Under the pieces are notes generated by a model. That model saw only the letters and a program-made list of their open reading frames with translations, was not told the origin of the DNA and made no database searches. From Candidatus Obscuribacteraceae bacterium (GTDB lineage: Bacteria; Cyanobacteriota; Vampirovibrionia; Obscuribacterales; Obscuribacteraceae), in NCBI GenBank assembly GCA_044229845.1, contig JBGASG010000022.1:1-11822 (forward strand): a DNA stretch of 11,822 nucleotides. Reading direction: 5' to 3'. This document shows positions 1 through 7,080 of the stretch, one piece after another. Position 1 is the stretch's first letter. Every line of letters starts with the position of its first letter. Made by a program: the position numbers and the translations under genes.

Positions 1-1166
1 CACCTGAAGCCGGAAATCTGGGAGATGCCCTATCGTGACTTGACTGAAAAGAAAGGCACACTGATAGTGGTGGCACCCATTTACACCGCGTCTTCTTTCG
101 AGCTGGAAGAAATCTTGAAGTGGGTGCACAAGGGAAACAATCTCGTCTATCTGGATTATTTCGCTTTCGGCTCCGGACGCAAGTTCTTGCAGGCTCTGGA
201 TATCGACACGGCCGATGCCAGTATCAATGTACGCGATCAGCCCATGCACTTGAACGCCAACGATCGAGCTGAGCAACTACACGATCATGTCGGCGACCTG
301 GTGATCTCGGCCAACCAGCGCCTGACGGGCGTCGAGGCGCCGCTGGTCAGCGACGACAAGGGCGCGTTCTTGACCGAGATCAAGTATGGCGACGGACGCT
401 GTCTGGTGGGCACGGTGCCGACGCTGGCTTCCAATCTGCGTTTTGGAGAAAAGTCCAACTGGGATAACTTTCAGTTTTTGCTCAACTGGCTGCGGTCCGT
501 CGCGGACAAAGACGGCAAAATCTGGTTTGACGAGCGCGCGCACGGCTATTCCGCGGCCACCAATTTGTTCATCGCCATCACGCGCGGACCGATCGGTCTT
601 TTGGTGATGCAGCTGTTCATTGTTTTTCTGATCGTCCTGGTCAGCCTCGGGCAGCGGTTCTCGGCCAAAGTGCCGGTGCCGGTTGTGCGCAAAATTTCCA
701 ACCTCGAGTACATCGAAGGACTTGCCAACACGTATCAGCGCGCCAAGGCTTATGACATGGCGTACAGTATCGTCTTTGCGCAGTTGAAAAACCGGCTCTG
801 CCGTGCGCTCAGCCGGTCGCCCGAAGACGATCTGCAGGAACTGGCCGCTCGTTGGGGCGAGGCGATCGGTGAGAAGAGCGAGGTCTGTGCAACATTTTTG
901 CAATCATCTCAAGCCGCTACCGAAAAAAAAACCGGCTCTGCCGTGCGCTCAGCCGGTCGCCCGAAGACGATCTGCAGGAACTGGCCGCACGTTGGGGCGA
1001 GGCGATCGGTGAGAAGAGCGAGGTCTGTGCAACATTTTTGCAATCATCTCAAGCCGCTACCGAAAACCGGCATCTGCCGCAGGAGCAGTTCTCCAAGCTC
1101 ATGCAGGAGTGCGATCTGCTAACTGCCAAGAGCGCTGAGCTTCTGGGCATGAGGGTGGCCAAATAA
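1..1166 (+). CDS. DUF4350-like membrane-anchored protein of a MoxR/DUF58 operon; 5'-truncated by the window and frameshifted by an internal 140-bp tandem duplication
   Basis: Frame is open from base 1 (HLKPEIWEMPYRDL...). It shows the GxGRxLV...SNxxF...N..FL motif, then IWFDERAHGY, a hydrophobic TM segment (GLLVMQLFIVFLIVLVSLGQRF) and SNLEYIEGLANTYQRA, as typical of the gene preceding MoxR. Removing one repeat copy gives the C-terminus ...AATENRHLPQEQFSKLMQECDLLTAKSAELLGMRVAK, ending at TAA 1164-1166. The ORF-track end at 1122 is the frameshifted version. Confidence 0.75.
787..1066. repeat. Tandem direct duplication, 2 x 140 bp (787-926, 927-1066)
   Basis: Direct comparison: the copies are identical except T849 vs A989. 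The junction forms an A9 run (923-931). Confidence 0.97.
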
Positions 1167-1203
1167 TCGGATAAAATAAGGCAGAAATTCGGAGGCACTT
1201 ACC

Positions 1204-2163
1204 CTGAGTACAGTAATCACAGAGCAAATCGTCACCGTCTTCTCACGTTTGAAGACGGCGCTCAACGGCGTGATTGTCGGACAGCAGATGGTCATCGATC
1301 AGCTCCTGGTCGGGCTTCTGGCTGACGGACATGTTCTTCTGGAAGGCGTTCCGGGTACAGCCAAAACGCTGCTGGTCAAAACCATCGCCAAGACCATCGG
1401 TGCCGATTTCGGGCGTGTGCAGCTGACCCCGGATATGTTGCCCTCGGACATCCTTGGCACCAGCATTTACGACCTCAATACCAAAACCTTCAGCATCAGG
1501 CGCGGACCCGTGTTTACCAGCTTGCTGCTGGCCGATGAAATCAACCGCACCGCTCCCAAGACGCAGAGCGCGCTTCTGGAAGCGATGGAAGAGCGGCAAG
1601 TGACAATCGACGGCAACACGCATAAGCTGCCCGATCTGTTCATGGTGGTGGCAACGCAGAACCCGGTGGAATTCGAAGGCACGTATCCCCTCCCCGAAGC
1701 CCAACTCGACCGTTTCATGCTGAAGATTTTGATCGGCTATCCGGAGGGCGATGCTGAGAAGCAAATGTTGTCCAACTGGCAAGAAGGTCGCTACGACCGG
1801 CATGCCGTCCCGGTGGAAGCGGTGGCTTCGCCGCAAGAGATTCTGGACTGCCGGCAGCAACTCAAAGATGTGCGGGTGGAACCGTCTATCTTTGATTACC
1901 TGATGCAACTGGTGCAGAAATCGCGCACTCTCTCGGATGTTGCTCTGGGAGCCAGTCCCCGTGCTGCGCTTTACTGGTTGTCGGCTGCCAAGGCGCATGC
2001 CGCCATCGAGGGCAAGGACTTCGTAACGCCGGACAATATCAAGTTCGTTGCTCAACCTGTCCTCAGACATCGATTGATTCTGACGCCGGAGTCTGAACTG
2101 GAAGGAATCAACACCTCGCAGGTGATCTCCAAGCTGCTAGGTCTGGTGCCGGTGCCTCGCTAA
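1204..2163 (+). CDS. moxR: MoxR-family AAA+ ATPase
   Basis: GHVLLEGVPGTAKT (Walker A), RVQLTPDMLPSDILG, LLLADEINR (Walker B), ATQNPVEFEGTYPLPEAQLDRF and GASPRA...VLRHR are MoxR signatures. The start is uncertain: TTG 1249 (ORF track) or CTG 1204, which follows GGAGG at 1191-1195. Confidence 0.95.
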   Translation: MSTVITEQIVTVFSRLKTALNGVIVGQQMVIDQLLVGLLADGHVLLEGVPGTAKTLLVKTIAKTIGADFGRVQLTPDMLPSDILGTSIYDLNTKTFSIRRGPVFTSLLLADEINRTAPKTQSALLEAMEERQVTIDGNTHKLPDLFMVVATQNPVEFEGTYPLPEAQLDRFMLKILIGYPEGDAEKQMLSNWQEGRYDRHAVPVEAVASPQEILDCRQQLKDVRVEPSIFDYLMQLVQKSRTLSDVALGASPRAALYWLSAAKAHAAIEGKDFVTPDNIKFVAQPVLRHRLILTPESELEGINTSQVISKLLGLVPVPR

Positions 2164-2178
2164 GAAAGGGCTCCGCTA

Positions 2179-3483
2179 GTGATAGCCAGTCGACGCCTCT
2201 ATATTCTCATTCTGGCCGGTATGGTCATCTTCGGATTTGCCTTTTTCTTTCCGCCTGCCCGTGTCATCGGCTATGCCTACAATGCGCTTTTGTTGCTGGC
2301 TGTGTTTCTCGACAATGCAGTCACGCAGCCGCGCCGCAACGTCACTGCTACTCGCACGACGATGGACAGGCTGTCCATCGGTCGTGAAAATTCAGTCTTG
2401 ATCGAGGTCCTCAATCAAGGAAAGCAAAACTTGCGCTGTCGGGTTCGTGATGACTATCCCCGCTCGCTGGAGAGCGACGTGGTGGAGTTCGACTTTGCGC
2501 TCAGCGCATTTGCCAAAGCCAAACTCATGTACAACCTCTTGCCGCGCACTCGCGGTGAGTACAAGTTCGGCAATATCAATGTTAGATACCTGAGCCGACT
2601 TGGCCTTTTCTGGTGCCAGCTGCGCGTGAAAGCAGACCGCGCGGTGCGCGTCTACAGCGACTTGCAAGCTCTCAAAGAATTGTCCATCAAGCTCAGTCAT
2701 TCCAGCGAGCTGGGCGACTTGCGCATGAAGCGCCGCGGTCAGGGCACGGATTTTGCCAGCTTACGCGAGTACGTGGTTGGTGACGATTCACGCAAAATAG
2801 ATTGGAAAGCGACCGCGCGCCGTGACCGTCCAGTGGTGCGTGTTTACGAGGTCGAACAGGAGCAGAACCTGCTGGTGCTTGTCGATGCCGGTCGCATGAT
2901 GGTATCGGATCTGGAAGGTTTGAGCAGATTCGACCATGCATTGAACGCGGCACTGTCGCTGGTGCTTACCGGGTTGCATCGCAACGATCGAGTCGGGCTG
3001 GGAATCTTCGCCGACAAGCCGATTATGTTCTTACCGCCGCGTCGTGGTCGCGGATATCTGACGACGATTCTGGAGGCGGTTTGTGACGTCAAACCGCGGG
3101 TGGTTGAGCCTGACTATACTGGTGCCCTATCGTTTTTCGCTTCGGCGCACAAGCAGCGATCGCTGATTACTGTCCTCACCGATCTCACCGACCCTACTGG
3201 GTCGCAAGCCCTATTGACCGGCATGTCCAGTTTAAGTCCGCGTCACCTGCCGTTTTGTGTGACGTTGCGAGATCGCCAGGTCGACAAGATAGCAGCGCAG
3301 CGCGACACTACCGTTGAAGAAACTTTCAAGCGTGCGGTGGCAATAGATCTGACCGCTCAAAGAGAAATTGCTTTCTCGCATCTGGTGCGACGCGGATGCA
3401 TGGTTTTGGATGCACCACCGCAAGAGATATCCGACAAGTTAGTCAATCGCTATCTGGAAATCAAAGCACGCGGACGCCTGTAA
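2179..3483 (+). CDS. DUF58 domain (VWA-like) protein with N-terminal membrane anchor; MoxR partner
   Basis: Two N-terminal hydrophobic helices, RGEYKFG, GQGTDFASLREYVVGDDSRKIDWKATAR (DUF58 signature), degenerate MIDAS LVDAGRMM, DRVGL, VLTDL. Lies directly downstream of moxR. Confidence 0.93.
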   Translation: MIASRRLYILILAGMVIFGFAFFFPPARVIGYAYNALLLLAVFLDNAVTQPRRNVTATRTTMDRLSIGRENSVLIEVLNQGKQNLRCRVRDDYPRSLESDVVEFDFALSAFAKAKLMYNLLPRTRGEYKFGNINVRYLSRLGLFWCQLRVKADRAVRVYSDLQALKELSIKLSHSSELGDLRMKRRGQGTDFASLREYVVGDDSRKIDWKATARRDRPVVRVYEVEQEQNLLVLVDAGRMMVSDLEGLSRFDHALNAALSLVLTGLHRNDRVGLGIFADKPIMFLPPRRGRGYLTTILEAVCDVKPRVVEPDYTGALSFFASAHKQRSLITVLTDLTDPTGSQALLTGMSSLSPRHLPFCVTLRDRQVDKIAAQRDTTVEETFKRAVAIDLTAQREIAFSHLVRRGCMVLDAPPQEISDKLVNRYLEIKARGRL

Positions 3484-3495
3484 TCGTTCGCAGGC

Positions 3496-5295
3496 TCAGA
3501 CAAGGTGGTTGTCGCAAGCGTATTTGACGAGGGCCGTGCGACTCTTTAGTTTGAGCTTCTTGCGGATGCGTGAAGCATGCAACTCCACGGTCGATTCAGT
3601 GAGAAACAGGCGCTGCGCAATCTCGCGGTTGGCCAGTCCGGAGGCGATCAGTTTCAGCACTTCCAACTCGCGCACAGAAAGCGGCGTTGAGGACGACTCG
3701 CTCGGCAAGGCGTCCATGGTTTTTTCCGGTTTGCCGGTGCGTGTTGCCTGATCGAGGGCATTGGTCAATTGCTGAGTGAGGTTGCTGATCAAGTTCATAT
3801 TGAAAAGATTGTCTTTCACCTGGGCGTAGGTGTGAGCGTTAGTGAGAGCCAGAGCTGCTGACGTAGCGACCGTCTCCAGCATCTCCAGCTCCTGAGGATT
3901 CCACTCGCGAGGCTCATCGCTCTCGACGATGATCACGCCGTAGGGAATGCCGTGCAACGTGACAGGCGTACCGATTAACGCGCGGATACCATTGTCGATC
4001 AGGGCGTTAACTTCATCGCGAGAAAGACCTTGCGGTTTGGTGGCAGCGGTCAAGTCATTAATGGATGTGGTGCGCTGCTTGAATGCGGAGATGGCGCCCG
4101 GCGGCAGATAGCCGGTACGTCCCAGTCCGAGAGGCGAGAGATTCGGATCGGCGTATTCATGAGTGACCATGGCGCTGCCCGGTCCGTCGGTTCGAATGAT
4201 CAAACAAGCTGTCGCCTTCATGGCGCGTCCGACTGAGTCGGCGGCTGCTTGCAAAATTGTGTCGCGGTCGAGGGAGGAATGCAGTTTGTTGGTGATTTGT
4301 CTGGTGACACGTTCCCAATTCAATTGCCGGGAGAGGGAGGAGACCAGATCTTCTGATTTGCCACCATCTTCGACGCTGGTGGAATGGGGCGTCTCCGGTC
4401 CGCGCGCCTTACCCTTCTTGGGAATCACTGTGATCAGCACCTGCCGTGCAGCGCCACCGGAGCCGGCGACGCTGGAGATCAGGATTTGCACTACCAGAGG
4501 CTGCCCATCGACCCTGGGCAGTATGAACTCTCCACCGTCGACGACGGCTGTCCAGGGAGTCAATTCGCGAATCGCCTCTTTCAACCGGTTGCCGTCAGCC
4601 TGGCTGAACAGCTCCGTGAGCGGGCTGTCGGCGAGCACCCCTTTGCCTGAGAGCAGCTCGGCTGCTGATTCGTTGTGATGAACGATCCGCAAAGATTCCG
4701 GTTCGACGACGAGCAAAGGCAGATTGGAGTTAGCAAAAACTCGCCCGTCTACCAGTTTCTCTTGAAACGAACTGGCCTGCCGCAAGGCTCCTGAAAGTTC
4801 TTCCGCCAGCGCTTCACCCAGTTCGAGCATTTCTTCGGAAAGCGAACGGCCTTCGCTGCAAAAGTGCATGGTGAGAGCTCCCAGCAAGCGTCCTTGATTG
4901 AGGAGTGGGAAGGCAATCAGCGATTTGCTGCCGGTGTCGGCGCGAAAGCGGTCGAGTTCCGGAGGACCGGAGGGGGAGCTGTTGTCGGGCTGGATGTCCA
5001 TCAGCGGTACCGGCCTGCCTTCAGACAGCAAACGATGCCACTCGGAATTGGTGCGCAAGGCGTAAGTCTTCTTATCCGACACAGGCTTCAACGGCTCTTT
5101 GCTGAACTGGGCCGCGATTCGAACCTCATGTCGAACATCATCTAGTAACAAAGCCACGCAGCGATCCAGACCGAAATGCCAGCCGATGGCATCGACGGCA
5201 TTCTGGAGCATTTCATCCGGCTCCATGCTGCGGCGAATCGATCGCCCTATCTGCTGAAAGAGCTTGAAATTGGAAGTGGTGGCGGTTGACTTCAT
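3496..5295 (-). CDS. GAF-PAS-GAF-LuxR HTH transcriptional regulator (one-component system)
   Basis: C-terminal LSVRELEVLKLIASGLANREIAQRLFLTESTVELHASRIRKKL is a LuxR HTH. GAF1 runs from QIGRSIRRSMEPDEML to SLIAFPLLNQGRLLGALTMH. A PAS-like segment runs from FANSNLPLLVVE through NESAAELL to DGQPLVVQI. GAF2 runs from QITNKLHSSLDRDTIL to PREWNPQELEMLETVA. ATG 5295 is preferred over TTG 5313. Confidence 0.9.
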   Translation of the reverse strand: MKSTATTSNFKLFQQIGRSIRRSMEPDEMLQNAVDAIGWHFGLDRCVALLLDDVRHEVRIAAQFSKEPLKPVSDKKTYALRTNSEWHRLLSEGRPVPLMDIQPDNSSPSGPPELDRFRADTGSKSLIAFPLLNQGRLLGALTMHFCSEGRSLSEEMLELGEALAEELSGALRQASSFQEKLVDGRVFANSNLPLLVVEPESLRIVHHNESAAELLSGKGVLADSPLTELFSQADGNRLKEAIRELTPWTAVVDGGEFILPRVDGQPLVVQILISSVAGSGGAARQVLITVIPKKGKARGPETPHSTSVEDGGKSEDLVSSLSRQLNWERVTRQITNKLHSSLDRDTILQAAADSVGRAMKATACLIIRTDGPGSAMVTHEYADPNLSPLGLGRTGYLPPGAISAFKQRTTSINDLTAATKPQGLSRDEVNALIDNGIRALIGTPVTLHGIPYGVIIVESDEPREWNPQELEMLETVATSAALALTNAHTYAQVKDNLFNMNLISNLTQQLTNALDQATRTGKPEKTMDALPSESSSTPLSVRELEVLKLIASGLANREIAQRLFLTESTVELHASRIRKKLKLKSRTALVKYACDNHLV

Positions 5296-5323
5296 GTGAC
5301 TAAATAGCAACAAAAAGGGATTT

Positions 5324-5358
5324 GGGTTTTCCCCAGAGATACTCCTCGGGTTTACCCC
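5324..5358. promoter_or_regulatory. Pair of GGGTTTWCCCC quasi-palindromic boxes upstream of the LuxR gene (candidate operator sites)
   Basis: GGGTTTTCCCC at 5324-5334 and GGGTTTACCCC at 5348-5358, 24 bp apart. A related CGGGCAAACCCG lies at 5419-5430. Confidence 0.45.
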
Positions 5359-5527
5359 TTATGTTCAAGGATATACATTTTTTTCCTACGTGCGTCTCTG
5401 GGTAGCCCAGCAGTTGATCGGGCAAACCCGAGCGCCAAGTGAGCTCGGCCGACGTCTTGAAAATCAGCAGGACCCCGCCAGGAGAGATTTAATCTAAATC
5501 CTTCTTGGCATGGGTGCCCGCAGGTAG

Positions 5528-5571
5528 GGCAAGCACCGATAAAAACGGGTTTTTCGGTATTTGTGCTTGCC
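5528..5571. repeat. 44-bp imperfect inverted repeat overlapping the predicted -35 box
   Basis: GGCAAGCAC (5528-5536) pairs with GTGCTTGCC (5563-5571). The inner segment ACCGATAAAAAC-GG-GTTTTTCGGT is also self-complementary. Confidence 0.8.
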
Positions 5572-5589
5572 AAGATAATGGGTTAAAAT
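5561..5589 (+). promoter_or_regulatory. Putative sigma70 promoter for the metallopeptidase gene
   Basis: TTGTGC (5561-5566), 17-nt spacer, TAAAAT (5584-5589). GGAG at 5613-5616 precedes ATG 5621. Confidence 0.5.
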
Positions 5590-5620
5590 TAATCTACTAC
5601 TGCTCAGTTTTTGGAGACCA

Positions 5621-6172
5621 ATGCTTCCTAGCACTACATTGAGGAATCTTCGGCGGCAATTCGGTAAACGGCTCGTAGAGCAGGCGCTGAAATCGCCAAC
5701 CCTTGTCCAGGATATCGCGCGCATTCGCAAAGAAGGCGTCAAAATCCGCCTGGTTGATGGACCGTGTCGTGCCTATTACGACCGCAAAAAGCGGACTATC
5801 TACATAGGTCGTTGGTGCCCGCGCAACTATAAGCTGATCAGTATTGCCCATGAGTTTGTCCATGCTCTGGTCAGACCGACCATCGACCCTGTACCCGGCG
5901 AAACGGGGCGGCAGGAGTTCGTCGAGCGTTGCCTGGAAGAAGAGACCGAAGCCATCGTCCACGAGATCAGCATTGTCAAAGAGCTAATCAAGGCTGGCGT
6001 CATGGTCGATCCCAAAGAACTCGAATGGCTCAATCGTTACAAGCGCGGCGGCCGCAAGGCAATTCGTAAAGCATTGGAGAAAACCATAACCTCGACAACA
6101 GGCGAAGGTTACCCCGAGTATTACGGTAGCTGGTACGACGAGATGATTCCGCCAGCCAAGCGCCTGCCGTAG
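5621..6172 (+). CDS. Small stand-alone zincin-like metallopeptidase (HExxH), 183 aa, no signal peptide
   Basis: A beta-strand block (RAYYDRKKRTIYIG) precedes SIAHEFVHA. A downstream acidic helix (CLEEETEA) can supply a third Zn ligand, a gluzincin-like layout. RBS and promoter-like elements lie upstream. Confidence 0.75.
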   Translation: MLPSTTLRNLRRQFGKRLVEQALKSPTLVQDIARIRKEGVKIRLVDGPCRAYYDRKKRTIYIGRWCPRNYKLISIAHEFVHALVRPTIDPVPGETGRQEFVERCLEEETEAIVHEISIVKELIKAGVMVDPKELEWLNRYKRGGRKAIRKALEKTITSTTGEGYPEYYGSWYDEMIPPAKRLP

Positions 6173-6192
6173 AAATAAGTAGATGAGTCTGT

Positions 6193-7080
6193 CTACTCCT
6201 GATAAGCCAGGCAGTAGGGCTCTTCTTCATGATCGACTGGGAATGGCTCTGCGATCAAAGAGCAGGCGTATGGAATCATCATGCGCACTTGCTCAGCAAT
6301 TGCTTTCGCGTTGGGAATTTTGGCGTGGAAGTGAATGGTTTGAAAGTCGATTCGCACTGTCGTTCCGTCTGCAGACTGCACGCTGCCGTGCCGAATCAAG
6401 TTGGACGCCTGACGGAGAATCTCGTTGGGATTTTTGATAATCGCGCGGCTGTGTGTGTGTGGCAGAAGATGACCATTGCTGTCATAAGTGCGATCAATCC
6501 AGGCTTCGCCGGCGACCCGAATGCCGGCTCGTTCACCTGCATTCAGAAGATTTGGTCCCGCCGGACCAATCAAAATCAACCACTTATCGAACTCGGCAAT
6601 TGCCCGCGCGACAGTCAAAGCAGCGCGCGCATCGCCAGCGAGTTGTCGATAGAGAAACCCATGCGGACGTACTTGCGAAATGTCGAAACCAAGTGTTCGG
6701 GCCAGTCCATGCAGCGCGCCCAGCTGAAAGAGCACCGAAGCGCGCAGTTCGCTGGGTGACATATGGATCTCTCGGCGACCGTATCCTTGCAGATCGGGAT
6801 AGCCGATATGAGCTCCGAGTGCCAATCCGTAATAGCGCGTTTCTTCAAGCGCCGTCTCCATCAGCACTGGGTCGCCGGAGTGGGCGCCGCAGGCGATGTT
6901 TGCCGACGTCACGTACGGCAGAATATCAGCTTCGCCTTCAATCCGGTAGGGACCGAATCCCTCTCCCAGATTGGTATTTAGATCGATACCTGCCTGTATG
7001 ACCTTCGCCGAGGGCGGCTGAATGGTGGTGTTACTGGTTGACTCACGCGAAGAGCGCTGTCTGTGTTGCCTGCGGCGCAT
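6193..7080 (-). CDS. pxpA: LamB/YcsF family protein (5-oxoprolinase subunit PxpA-like), diverged
   Basis: IDLNTNLGEGFG, VTSANIACGAHSGDP, GAHIGYPDLQGYGRR, VRPHGFLY and EAWIDRTY match the family blocks in order. ATG 7080 is preceded by AAAGGTG; the ORF track starts at 7113. Confidence 0.85.
   Translation of the reverse strand: MRRRQHRQRSSRESTSNTTIQPPSAKVIQAGIDLNTNLGEGFGPYRIEGEADILPYVTSANIACGAHSGDPVLMETALEETRYYGLALGAHIGYPDLQGYGRREIHMSPSELRASVLFQLGALHGLARTLGFDISQVRPHGFLYRQLAGDARAALTVARAIAEFDKWLILIGPAGPNLLNAGERAGIRVAGEAWIDRTYDSNGHLLPHTHSRAIIKNPNEILRQASNLIRHGSVQSADGTTVRIDFQTIHFHAKIPNAKAIAEQVRMMIPYACSLIAEPFPVDHEEEPYCLAYQE

Noticed and set aside
787..1066. Duplication as a CRISPR array, DGR template/variable repeat pair, or IS target-site duplication
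   Set aside because: There are only two abutting copies with no spacer and a single difference, and the window has no cas, reverse transcriptase or transposase gene.
927..1122. C-terminus of the 365-aa ORF (KKTGSAVRSAGRPK...SAIC) and ORF 803..1012
   Set aside because: These are out-of-frame readings of the duplicated 140-bp segment. The native C-terminus is in another frame and ends at 1166.
277..3423. Minus-strand ORFs over the MoxR operon (277..903, 1243..2070, 2392..2700 and others)
   Set aside because: These are antisense shadows of well-supported genes and carry no motifs.
3830..5270. GAF domains as bilin-binding photoreceptors (cyanobacteriochrome)
   Set aside because: Neither GAF has the Cys-His chromophore attachment motif in the helix before the 'SLIAFP/ALIGTP' strand, and neither has a DXCF-type motif.
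5415..5470. c-di-GMP-I riboswitch (GGGCAAACC ... stem ... GACG)
   Set aside because: The stem lacks a GNRA tetraloop, the following sequence is GACGTCTT rather than GACGCAAAGC, and no second stem with a tetraloop receptor is evident. A cmscan would settle it.
5352..5742. Small minus-strand ORFs 5352..5573 (contains CPTCGHPC) and 5494..5742
   Set aside because: Neither has a convincing RBS or a recognisable family. The first has a TTG start, lies over promoter-like palindromic DNA and lacks a second CxxC pair; the second runs antisense into the metallopeptidase gene.
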